Below are positions 9,756 to 18,237 of a stretch of 64,000 nucleotides of DNA, one piece after another. The notes below the pieces were generated by a model. The model was not told the origin of the DNA. It worked only from the letters and a program-made list of their open reading frames with translations, and did not search any database. Position 1 is the stretch's first letter. The number at the start of each line of letters is the position of its first letter. The position numbers and the translations under genes were made by a program. The DNA is from a bacterium (GTDB taxonomy: Bacteria; Bacillota; Clostridia; Christensenellales; Aristaeellaceae), in assembly GCA_029009515.1 (NCBI GenBank), contig JAQXJZ010000109.1, forward strand, positions 4,066 through 68,065, given 5' to 3'.

Positions 9756-10781
9756 ATGAAGCGCGTGAGCATCAAGGACGTTGCAAAGGAGGCCGGCGTA
9801 TCGGCCACCACGGTGAGCTATGTGCTCAACCGCACGCCCTCGGAAACCATCAGCTCCGAGACCACCCAGCGCGTGCTGGAGGCCGCCCGCAGGCTCAACT
9901 ACGTGCCCAATCTCAACGCCCGCAGCCTCTCCAGCCGCAAAAGCAACCTGATCGGCGTGCTCATTCCGCAGACCGAGCCGGGCAAGGAGTTCATGTTCTC
10001 CAACCCGTTTTACGGCGAACTGCTCTCCTCCATCGAATACACCGCGCGCCAGCACGGCTATCACCTGCTTCTGTCCGGCACGCAGGAGGATCAGGACTAC
10101 GTGAGCATCGCGCGCAACCGCGGCGTGGACGGCATCATCATCGTGGGCACCTATCCGGGCCGCAATCTGGAAGCGCTCAAGGCCATCGACGCGCCCATCG
10201 TGCTGGTGGACAGCTACGTGAAGGACGAAACCTTCCACACCATCGGCATCGAGGACCGCGACGGCGCGCGCATGGCAGCCGAATACCTCATTGCCAGCGG
10301 CCACCGCGATATCGCCTTCATCAGCGGCTCCATCCGCGAACACGGCGTCAACAGCAAGCGCTATCAGGGTTTTTGCGAGGCTATGGCCGCGGCCGGCCTG
10401 ACGGTTCCCGAAGAAGCCGTGTATTCCGGCACGGTGGATTACGAATACGGCCTGCATGCGGCAAAGGAATACCTGCGCCGCGGACGGAAGCAGACCGCTG
10501 CCTTCGTCACGGCGGACGTCATCTCCATGGGCCTCATCAAGGGGCTTCTGGAGGAAAACCTGCGCATCCCGGATGATCTGTCCATCGTCAGCTTTGACGA
10601 CGTGTATCTGGCGCAGATGAGCTATCCATCCCTCACCACCATTCATCAGAACATTCCCGAAAAAGGCGCCATGGCTGTGCAGCTCATTCTGGATGCGGTG
10701 CAGTCGGGCAAAAAGGAGCATACGGAGTGCATCCTGCCGCTGCGGCTGGTGGAGCGCGACTCCGTGAAAAGGAGAGAATGA
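9756..10781 (+). CDS. LacI-family transcriptional regulator
   Basis: N-terminal HTH MKRVSIKDVAKEAGVSATTVSYVLN plus a periplasmic-binding-protein-like sugar domain. AAGGAG lies 7 nt upstream of the ATG at 9756. Confidence 0.92.
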   Translation: MKRVSIKDVAKEAGVSATTVSYVLNRTPSETISSETTQRVLEAARRLNYVPNLNARSLSSRKSNLIGVLIPQTEPGKEFMFSNPFYGELLSSIEYTARQHGYHLLLSGTQEDQDYVSIARNRGVDGIIIVGTYPGRNLEALKAIDAPIVLVDSYVKDETFHTIGIEDRDGARMAAEYLIASGHRDIAFISGSIREHGVNSKRYQGFCEAMAAAGLTVPEEAVYSGTVDYEYGLHAAKEYLRRGRKQTAAFVTADVISMGLIKGLLEENLRIPDDLSIVSFDDVYLAQMSYPSLTTIHQNIPEKGAMAVQLILDAVQSGKKEHTECILPLRLVERDSVKRRE

Positions 10782-12988
10782 AGTTGCTGAAACATCTTCC
10801 GGAAGGGCTGACCCCCTTTCAGGACTGCGGCTTTGACCGAAAGCCGCACCTGCCGCTGGCGGGCGAAGGCGTGCAGGTGTTCTGCCGTACGGAGGAGCAA
10901 CCTGCGCTGCACCTGTGCGTGAACGGCGGCGAGCGCCTGCTTTCCCCGGCTCAGGTGGACGAGCGGCACTGGCGCTTCGATCTGGGCGCGTTCCAGTACG
11001 GCGACGAGGTGAGCTACCGCTTCAGCGGCGACAGCCGCGTGTTCGCCTTCGAGCCGCTGCGCGAAGCACTCTGCCATCAGCCCGTTTCGCTCATGCAGCG
11101 CGGCCATGAAGCCTGCGTGGTCTTTGACGCTTTCCACCTGCTGTTCCGGGCGGATGAAACCCTCACGGTTTCTGCCAGCACGGCGCAGCCGCCCGAGTGG
11201 AACGAGTGCGAAGAAATCACGCTTCCGCTTCGCGAAAATTTTTCTCTGCATGTGCAGAAGTCTCCTTTTATTTGGGAACTTAAACGTTTCAGTAATGAGA
11301 AACCCGTGCTTTCCGTTTCGCAGTACCGGGTGTGGGAAGGCATGCGCGGCGGCATTGGCAGCATCGGGCACTTGGGCGCGCTGAACGTGCAGCATGTGTG
11401 GGGCACTGGCGAACGCTTTCATCAGGTGGATCTCATGGGCAGTGAAACCAATGGCCGTGTGGTGGAAAAATTCACCCAGCAGGGCGACCAGACCTATCTG
11501 CCCATCCCCTTCTTCATGACGGACGGCGGCTTCGGCTGCTTCCGCAGCAGCAGCATTTCCGCCGAAATGCGCTTTGGCGAAACGTTTGCCGTATGCCAGC
11601 GCACGCAGGGCGAAACCCTGTTTGAGGACGTGTACTTCTTCGGCGCGCCTGCGGATGTGCTTGCGCAGTTCATCCGCCGCACCGGCCAGCCCGTTCTGCC
11701 GCCGGACTGGGCCTTCGGCCTGTGGATGAGCGCCAACGGCTGGAACTGCGACGCTGAGGTGGACGCGCAGCTCAGCGCCATGAAGGAGCACGATTATCCC
11801 GCCGACGTGATGGTGCTGGAGGCATGGAGCGACGAACGCACCTTCTACCGCTGGAACGATGCGCAGCACTGGGCCGATCCCGCCGCCACCGTGCGCCGCA
11901 TCCGCGAAGCCGGGCTGCACGCGGTGCTGTGGCAGATTCCCATCGTCAAATACGAGTGGGACGGCGAGCCCGGCGAAGCGCTTTTGCAGGACGAAAAGGA
12001 AGCCATCGAAAACCGCTACTGCGTGATGAACGCCGACGGCACGCCCTACCGCATTACGGAAAACTGGTTCCACAACAGCCTGATCCTCGATTTCACCAAT
12101 CCCGAGGCGGTGAAGTGGTGGTTTGCCAAGCGCAAGCCTCTGCTCGATATGGGCGTGGAGGGCTTCAAGACCGACGGCGGCGAGTTTCTGTTTGACGAAA
12201 CGGCGCGATTGCACAACGGCATGACCGGTTTGGAAGCGCACAACCTGTACCCTTCGCAGTACGTGGGTGCATACCACGATTTCCTGCGCGAAAACGGCGT
12301 GCATGGCGTTACCTTCAGCCGGGCGGATTTCACCGGCGCGCACACCCGTCCCATGCACTGGGCGGGCGACCAGCTGAGCACCTGGAGCGAGCTGCAGAGC
12401 CAGCTGCGCGCGGGATTGAGCGCAGGCCTTTCCGGCGTGCTGTTCTGGGGCTTTGACATCGGCGGATTCGCGGGCGAGCTGCCCAGCGCCGAGCTCTATC
12501 TGCGCGCCACAGCCATGGCCTGCTTCTGCCCCGTCATGCAGTGGCACGCCGAGCCCCGCAGCGGCCAGTTCTACGCCACGCACGAGGATGGCTTCATCAA
12601 CGACCGCAGCCCGTGGAACCTGGCGCAGAAGCTGGGCGACCAGAGCGTGCTGATCATCAGCACCGCCTTTGCCAAGCTGCGCCGCAGGCTGAAGCCCTAT
12701 CTGGTTTCCGAGGCCGAACACTGCACCGAGGCAGGCCGTCCGCTGATGGCGCACCTGTGCATCGACTTCCCGGAGGACGAAACCGCCTGTGCCTGCAATG
12801 ATCAGTACATGCTGGGCCGAAAACTGCTGGTTGCGCCCATCGTGCAGGAAGGCCAGGTGCAGCGCCAGGTGTACCTGCCAAAGGGCCGCTGGAAGAACGT
12901 ATTTACCGCAGAAACCTTTGCCGGTCAGCAATGGGTGACCATCGCCTGTCCGCTGGATCAGATTCCCGTATTCGAAAGGCAGGAATGA
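10778..12988 (+). CDS. GH31 alpha-glycosidase
   Basis: GH31 nucleophile region GFKTDGGE and WMSANGW. Start ATG 10778 overlaps the lacI stop (ATGA) and follows AGGAGAG. Confidence 0.88.
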   Translation: MKLLKHLPEGLTPFQDCGFDRKPHLPLAGEGVQVFCRTEEQPALHLCVNGGERLLSPAQVDERHWRFDLGAFQYGDEVSYRFSGDSRVFAFEPLREALCHQPVSLMQRGHEACVVFDAFHLLFRADETLTVSASTAQPPEWNECEEITLPLRENFSLHVQKSPFIWELKRFSNEKPVLSVSQYRVWEGMRGGIGSIGHLGALNVQHVWGTGERFHQVDLMGSETNGRVVEKFTQQGDQTYLPIPFFMTDGGFGCFRSSSISAEMRFGETFAVCQRTQGETLFEDVYFFGAPADVLAQFIRRTGQPVLPPDWAFGLWMSANGWNCDAEVDAQLSAMKEHDYPADVMVLEAWSDERTFYRWNDAQHWADPAATVRRIREAGLHAVLWQIPIVKYEWDGEPGEALLQDEKEAIENRYCVMNADGTPYRITENWFHNSLILDFTNPEAVKWWFAKRKPLLDMGVEGFKTDGGEFLFDETARLHNGMTGLEAHNLYPSQYVGAYHDFLRENGVHGVTFSRADFTGAHTRPMHWAGDQLSTWSELQSQLRAGLSAGLSGVLFWGFDIGGFAGELPSAELYLRATAMACFCPVMQWHAEPRSGQFYATHEDGFINDRSPWNLAQKLGDQSVLIISTAFAKLRRRLKPYLVSEAEHCTEAGRPLMAHLCIDFPEDETACACNDQYMLGRKLLVAPIVQEGQVQRQVYLPKGRWKNVFTAETFAGQQWVTIACPLDQIPVFERQE

Positions 12989-12989
12989 C

Positions 12990-14930
12990 ATGAACGACAT
13001 TCGCATCAGCCCGTGGCGGATTGAGCACAGCGGCGCGGCAAGCGACTATACGCAGAGCATTTTCACCATCGGCAACGGGTATGTGGGCGTGCGCGGTTTT
13101 TCCACGCAGGAGGCGAAAACCTCACCCTGCGATCACGCGCTGTTCCGCGCCGGGCTGTACGAGCAGGTCAAGCCCGGCATCACAGACCTCGTGCAGCTGC
13201 CGGACGTGCTGCACCTTCGCGTGGGCGAAGGTGACGTGCTGCATCAATCGCTCGATCTGCAAACAGGCGTGCTGACGCAGGAATGGGAGGGCGTGCGCTG
13301 CGAGCGCATGGCCAGCATGGCGGATCATCAGCTCATCTGCCTGAAATGGACGGTGGACGCCATCGGCCCCGTCACGCTCTGCCGCACTTGGGATACGGGC
13401 GTGCGCAATCTGCCCGTGCACGACGATCAGATGGCCAGCTCAACCGAGACGGTGCAGCTGCTGGAAACCGTACAGACTACGGAAGATACGCTGCGCATGC
13501 GCACCATTCACAATCATCGCAGCATCGCCTTCCATCAGCAGCTGCTGCTCAACGGCCAGCCCTTTCTCGGCGATACCCTCCCCACACCCTGTGTGCTGGA
13601 AAAGCGCATCCGCATCCTGCTGGATGATGAAGCGCCCAACCCCAGCGTTCCCGATCCGTGGGAAGCCAACCGCACCGCATGGGCTGCCCTCTGGCGCGAC
13701 TGCGATATCCAGCTGGATGCATCCGATGAGGTGCAGGGCGCGCTGCGCTGGAACCTCTTTCAGCTGCTGTGCAATAACGCCGCAGACGATCCGACTGTGT
13801 CCATCGGCGCGCGCGGCCTCACCCACGGCCGCTACAAGGGCAACACCTTCTGGGATACGGACATTTTCCTCTTCCCCTTCTACTGCTGGCAGCGTCCCGG
13901 AGCCGCCAGGAACCTTGCGCAGTATCGGCTCGACCGTCTGGACGACGCGAAGGCGCTGGCGAAGAAGCAGAACCTTTCCGGCGCGCGCTACCCGTGGATG
14001 TGCTCCACCGACGGTCTGGAACAGTGCGAAAGCTGGGACATCGGCCTGTGTGAAACGCACATCACCGCCGACGTGGCCTACGCCATCGACCGCTATACGC
14101 AGATCACCGGCCAGCCTGTGACGGCAAAAATGCAGGAGCTGTTTGCCGAGACGGCGCGTTTCTGGCGCAGCCGCTTCACATGGGAAGAGGCGAAGCAGCA
14201 GTATTCCAGCTTCTTTGTCAAAGGCCCGGATGAATACTGCGGCGCGGCGGTGAACAACACCTACACCAACTATATGGCGCGGCACAATGTGCGCCTTGCG
14301 CTGCGGCATCAGCCGGATGAAGCGCTTGCGCAATTCGCGGATCACATCGCCATTCTGTACGACGAAGGGCGCGAACTGTTTTTGCAGGACGAGCTGTTTG
14401 AGCGCCTCGAGCCGCTGCCCAGCCGCCACGAGGGCGGCCAGCCGCTGTACAAAACCATCTGCTTCGACCGCATGCAGCGCTACCGCGCGCTCAAGCAGGC
14501 CGATCTGGTGCAGCTGATGGTGCTCTTCCCCCACGCATTTACCACTGCACAGAAGCGCGCCGTGTGGGACTTTTACGAGCCCCTCACCGTGCACGACAGC
14601 ACGCTCAGCTTCGGCGTGCACGCGCATCTGGCCTTCCAGCTGGGGCTGATGGAAGAAGGCTGGGACTACTTTGAAAAATCCCTCTTCCTTGATCTGCGCG
14701 ATGTACTGAGCAACACCGGCCGCGAAGGCGTGCACATGGCCGCGCTGGGCGCAAGCTGGCAGGCGATCATCTATGGCGCGCTGGGCCTCTGGACGGAAAA
14801 CGGCCAGCTGACTGTGCAGCCGCATCTGCCCGAAGCCATCCGCTCCGTCAGCCTGTGCGTGTACCATCAGGGGCAGCGCCTGCGCATCACGGCCGATCAC
14901 AACGGCGCTCACATCACAAAGGAGGCGTAA
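12990..14930 (+). CDS. GH65-family enzyme (disaccharide phosphorylase-like, short form, 646 aa)
   Basis: N-terminal FTIGNGYVGVRG, GNTFWDTDIF, catalytic-acid region CETHITADVAYA, LKQADLV and HDSTLS, all as in GH65 phosphorylases. Confidence 0.82.
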   Translation: MNDIRISPWRIEHSGAASDYTQSIFTIGNGYVGVRGFSTQEAKTSPCDHALFRAGLYEQVKPGITDLVQLPDVLHLRVGEGDVLHQSLDLQTGVLTQEWEGVRCERMASMADHQLICLKWTVDAIGPVTLCRTWDTGVRNLPVHDDQMASSTETVQLLETVQTTEDTLRMRTIHNHRSIAFHQQLLLNGQPFLGDTLPTPCVLEKRIRILLDDEAPNPSVPDPWEANRTAWAALWRDCDIQLDASDEVQGALRWNLFQLLCNNAADDPTVSIGARGLTHGRYKGNTFWDTDIFLFPFYCWQRPGAARNLAQYRLDRLDDAKALAKKQNLSGARYPWMCSTDGLEQCESWDIGLCETHITADVAYAIDRYTQITGQPVTAKMQELFAETARFWRSRFTWEEAKQQYSSFFVKGPDEYCGAAVNNTYTNYMARHNVRLALRHQPDEALAQFADHIAILYDEGRELFLQDELFERLEPLPSRHEGGQPLYKTICFDRMQRYRALKQADLVQLMVLFPHAFTTAQKRAVWDFYEPLTVHDSTLSFGVHAHLAFQLGLMEEGWDYFEKSLFLDLRDVLSNTGREGVHMAALGASWQAIIYGALGLWTENGQLTVQPHLPEAIRSVSLCVYHQGQRLRITADHNGAHITKEA

Positions 14931-14933
14931 CGC

Positions 14934-15827
14934 ATGTACATTCCCAAAACAGCGCACAAGGGGCGCGCCGCCGCCGTGCTGCTGGCGCCGTCGCTCATCG
15001 GCGTGGTGTTCTTCTGCCTGCTGCCCATCGCAGCCACGCTCATCTTCAGCGTCATGAATTACGACCTGCTCATGCCCATGAACACCATGCAGTTTGTGGG
15101 GCTGAAGAATTTCACGCGCATCCTTACAGGCCGCGAGTTTCCCAAGGTGCTGGGCCACACCTTCACCTATCTCATCCTCTACCTGCCCGCCATCCTCGTC
15201 ACGTCCATGGTGCAGGCGCTCATCCTGAACCGCAGTTTCAAGGGCCACACGCTGTTCCGCACCGTCAGCTACCTGCCGGTCATCACCTCGTGGGTGGCGG
15301 CTGCCGTGGTGTGGAAGTGGATGCTCAACGGCAAGTTTGGCCTGCTGAATCATATTCTGCTCATCTTCGGCATCCAAGGTCCGCCGTGGCTGTCCAGCCG
15401 CACCTGGGCCATGCCGGGCATCGTGATTGCTGCCGCGTGGAAGGACACCGGCTACTACGCGCTGATGATGCTGGCCGCGCTCAAATCCATCGACCATGCG
15501 TACTACGAGGCCGCGTCCATCGACGGAGCAGGCCCGCTGCGCCGCTTCTTCTCCATCACGCTGCCGCTCATCTCGCCCACGCTGTTTCTGCTGATCGTGT
15601 TAAACATCATCTACGGCCTGCAGGTGTGCGATTCCGTGCTCATCATGACCAACGGCGATCCCGGCGGCGCCACCACGGTATTCCTCGAGCGCATCTACAA
15701 GTACGCCTTCAAGCAGTACAAGATGGGCTACGCGGGCGCGTATTCGTGGATTCTCTTCTTCCTCATCATGGCATTCACAGCCCTGCAGTTCTGGCTGGAA
15801 AAGAAGTGGGTGAATTACGATGCGTAA
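14934..15827 (+). CDS. Sugar ABC permease (family-1 CUT1, MalF/UgpA type)
   Basis: EAA-loop YYEAASIDGAGPLRRFFSITLP, multiple TM segments. AAGGAGG upstream. Confidence 0.9.
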   Translation: MYIPKTAHKGRAAAVLLAPSLIGVVFFCLLPIAATLIFSVMNYDLLMPMNTMQFVGLKNFTRILTGREFPKVLGHTFTYLILYLPAILVTSMVQALILNRSFKGHTLFRTVSYLPVITSWVAAAVVWKWMLNGKFGLLNHILLIFGIQGPPWLSSRTWAMPGIVIAAAWKDTGYYALMMLAALKSIDHAYYEAASIDGAGPLRRFFSITLPLISPTLFLLIVLNIIYGLQVCDSVLIMTNGDPGGATTVFLERIYKYAFKQYKMGYAGAYSWILFFLIMAFTALQFWLEKKWVNYDA

Positions 15828-16659
15828 AAGCAGAACCTTTGCCATCTCCAAAACCGTGCTGCTTTACCTGATGATCGCGCTTCTGATCGTCATCAACATC
15901 CTGCCGTTTTTCTGGATGGTGTCCTCCTCCCTCAAGGGCGAGGAAGCCATCCGCACCATTCCCATCAAGTGGCTGCCGGAGCATCCCACGCTGGAAGGCT
16001 ATGTGCGCGTGTTCAACATGAAGGGTTTCTCCTTCACCCGCGCCAGCCTCAACAGCCTGTTTCTGGCCGTGGCCATGACGCTGGTAGAGGTGGGATCGTC
16101 CACGGCGGCGGCGTTCGTGTTTGCCAAGCTGCCCTTCCGCGGCAGCGGCAAGCTGTTCGGCGTGTATCTGGCCACCATGATGATTCCCGGCACGGTGACC
16201 ATGGTGCCCAATTACATCATCCTGCGCACCCTCGGCCTGCTGGACACCTACACGGGGCTGGTGCTGCCGTCGCTGGGACGCGCGTTCAGCGTGTTTCTGA
16301 TGAGGCAGAGCATGATGGGCGTGAACGACGCCTATATGGAATCAGCCTTTCTGGACGGCGCGTCGCTGTACCGCATCTTCTTTTCCATCATGCTGCCCAT
16401 GGTCACGCCCACGCTGGCCACACTCACGCTGCTTTCCTTCATGGGCGGCTGGAACAGCTACCTTTGGCCGCTCATCGTGCTCACCTCCACCAGCAAGCAG
16501 ACGCTGCAGGTGGTGCTGGGCAACATGAACAGCATGTACGAAAGCAACGAGCACGTGCTCATGGCCGGCGCGGTGCTCACCATCCTGCCCATTCTGGTGG
16601 TGTATCTGATCTCGCAGAAGTACGTGGATCAGGGCATCAGCGTGGGCGGACTGAAGTAA
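15820..16659 (+). CDS. Sugar ABC permease (MalG/UgpE type)
   Basis: EAA-loop YMESAFLDGASLYRIFFSIMLP. Overlaps the upstream permease by 8 nt. Confidence 0.9.
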   Translation: MRKSRTFAISKTVLLYLMIALLIVINILPFFWMVSSSLKGEEAIRTIPIKWLPEHPTLEGYVRVFNMKGFSFTRASLNSLFLAVAMTLVEVGSSTAAAFVFAKLPFRGSGKLFGVYLATMMIPGTVTMVPNYIILRTLGLLDTYTGLVLPSLGRAFSVFLMRQSMMGVNDAYMESAFLDGASLYRIFFSIMLPMVTPTLATLTLLSFMGGWNSYLWPLIVLTSTSKQTLQVVLGNMNSMYESNEHVLMAGAVLTILPILVVYLISQKYVDQGISVGGLK

Positions 16660-16715
16660 CCTGTAGGCGCGCCAAGGCGCGTTTGCAATAAAAACAACTC
16701 AAGGAGGAACCCGTA

Positions 16716-17942
16716 ATGAAAAAGCTCATTTCTCTGGTACTGGCCCTCATGATGGTGCTGGGCATGACCGCGGCTGTGGCCGAACCCGTCACCCTTACCT
16801 ACGCTCACTTCTCCGGCTCCGGCGTGCAGGAGGAAGTGCTGAACAAGATGATCGACGTATTTGAAAGCAAGAACCCCGATATCAAGATCGACCTGCAGAT
16901 CACCGGCTTTGAAGATTACTTCACCAAGCTGGCCACCGTCATCGGCGGCGGCAATGCGCCCGACGTGTTCGAAATGAACATGGAAAACTTCCTGGCCTAC
17001 ATGCTGCGCGGCGCCTGCGCCGACCTGACCGGCCTGGTGGATACCGCCAACTACTCCGAAGGCACCCTGGCCGCCGTCAGCTCCGATGGCAAGCTGTACG
17101 CCGTGCCCATGAGCTTCTCCACCTGCCTGCTGTTCTACAACAAGGATCTGTTTGATCAGGCTGGCGTGGAATATCCCAACGACAGCTGGACCTGGGCCGA
17201 TATCCAGGCCGCGGCTGAAAAGATCAAGGCGCTGGGCGACGACATCTGGGGCATTTACCAGCCCATCACCTACAACGAGTTCTACAAGTCCGTCAAGGGC
17301 AACGGCGGCAGCCTGCTCACCCCCGACTACTCCGCCTTCACCCTCAACTCCGCCGAGAACGTGGAAGTGCTGGACGCCATGATCAAGCGCGTGCGCGGCG
17401 AAGAGCGCGTGATGCCCACCACCGAGGACATGGCCGGCCGCGGCGACTGGGATCTGTTCCAGGAGGGCAAGCTGGGCATGTGCATCACCGGCATCTGGGC
17501 CTTCCCCACCTTCACCGAGAAGTGCCCCTTCGGCTGGGATGTGGTGGTCGAGCCCGGCTACGAGACCAAGTCCACCTTCTTCTTTGCCAACGTCAACTGC
17601 GTGTCTCCCTCCTCTGACAAGAAGGAAGCCGCTGCCAAGTTCATCGACGCCATGGGCTCCGACCCCGACATCGTGCAGCTGCGTCTGGACGCCAGCTGGG
17701 AGCTGCCCACCATCGCCGACCAGTCCAAGCTGACCCAGTACCTCGAGGTCACTCCTCCCGCCAACCGCAAGGCCGTGTTTGACAGCATGGACTTCGCCGC
17801 CGCTCCTCCCGCTCTCCTCGAGCAGGGCGCCGTGAGCGAGATCATCAACAACGTCCTCAGCACCCTCGAGATGGACGACCTGTCCGCTCAGGAAGCGCTG
17901 GACGAGATCCAGGCTCAGCTGGAAGACGCGGATCTCCTGTAA
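16716..17942 (+). CDS. Extracellular sugar-binding protein (ABC SBP)
   Basis: Signal peptide MKKLISLVLALMMVLGMTAAVA and family-1 SBP-like sequence. AAGGAGG lies 8 nt upstream. Confidence 0.88.
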   Translation: MKKLISLVLALMMVLGMTAAVAEPVTLTYAHFSGSGVQEEVLNKMIDVFESKNPDIKIDLQITGFEDYFTKLATVIGGGNAPDVFEMNMENFLAYMLRGACADLTGLVDTANYSEGTLAAVSSDGKLYAVPMSFSTCLLFYNKDLFDQAGVEYPNDSWTWADIQAAAEKIKALGDDIWGIYQPITYNEFYKSVKGNGGSLLTPDYSAFTLNSAENVEVLDAMIKRVRGEERVMPTTEDMAGRGDWDLFQEGKLGMCITGIWAFPTFTEKCPFGWDVVVEPGYETKSTFFFANVNCVSPSSDKKEAAAKFIDAMGSDPDIVQLRLDASWELPTIADQSKLTQYLEVTPPANRKAVFDSMDFAAAPPALLEQGAVSEIINNVLSTLEMDDLSAQEALDEIQAQLEDADLL

Positions 17943-18070
17943 GGGGCTGAGCCCCTTAACCCGCTCTCCGAGGCCATGAAATGGCCTCGGGGGGGTGGCG
18001 CAAAAGTTTATGGCTGCATCTAAGACCGCCGGGGCACATACGGGTGCCCCGGCTCGCTTGTCGGTATTGC
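17943..18070 (+). repeat. Hairpin-mosaic element copy A: hairpin 1, hairpin 2 and 59-nt conserved core
   Basis: GGGGC-tga-GCCCC (17943-17955). CCGAGGCCAT-gaa-ATGGCCTCGG (17968-17990). Core 18012-18070 matches the reverse complement of 53817-53875 at 55 of 59 nt and contains a 10-bp hairpin (18028-18053). Confidence 0.85.
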
Positions 18071-18188
18071 TCTTCTTGTTTGTTGGCTGCGTCAGACCGC
18101 CGGTCGGCGGAAGGCCTCCCGGCTCGCGTTCGTTCAAAATGGCAAGTCAACTTCCAGTACCGCATGGCTATTTCATGAGCGAAGCGAG

Positions 18189-18220
18189 CTTCATTCCTTC
18201 ATTCCTTCATTCCTTCATTC
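18189..18220 (+). repeat. Perfect tandem octamer (CTTCATTC)x4
   Basis: Four head-to-tail identical copies read directly from the sequence. They end 5 nt before the AAAGGAG Shine-Dalgarno of the next gene. Confidence 0.95.
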
Positions 18221-18237
18221 TCCGAAAGGAGCCTACT

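Noticed and set aside
17995-18237. N-terminal 81 codons of the 675-aa track ORF
   Set aside because: This stretch consists of the hairpin mosaic and the (CTTCATTC)x4 array. A strong SD plus ATG is present at 18238, and protein-family similarity begins after it.
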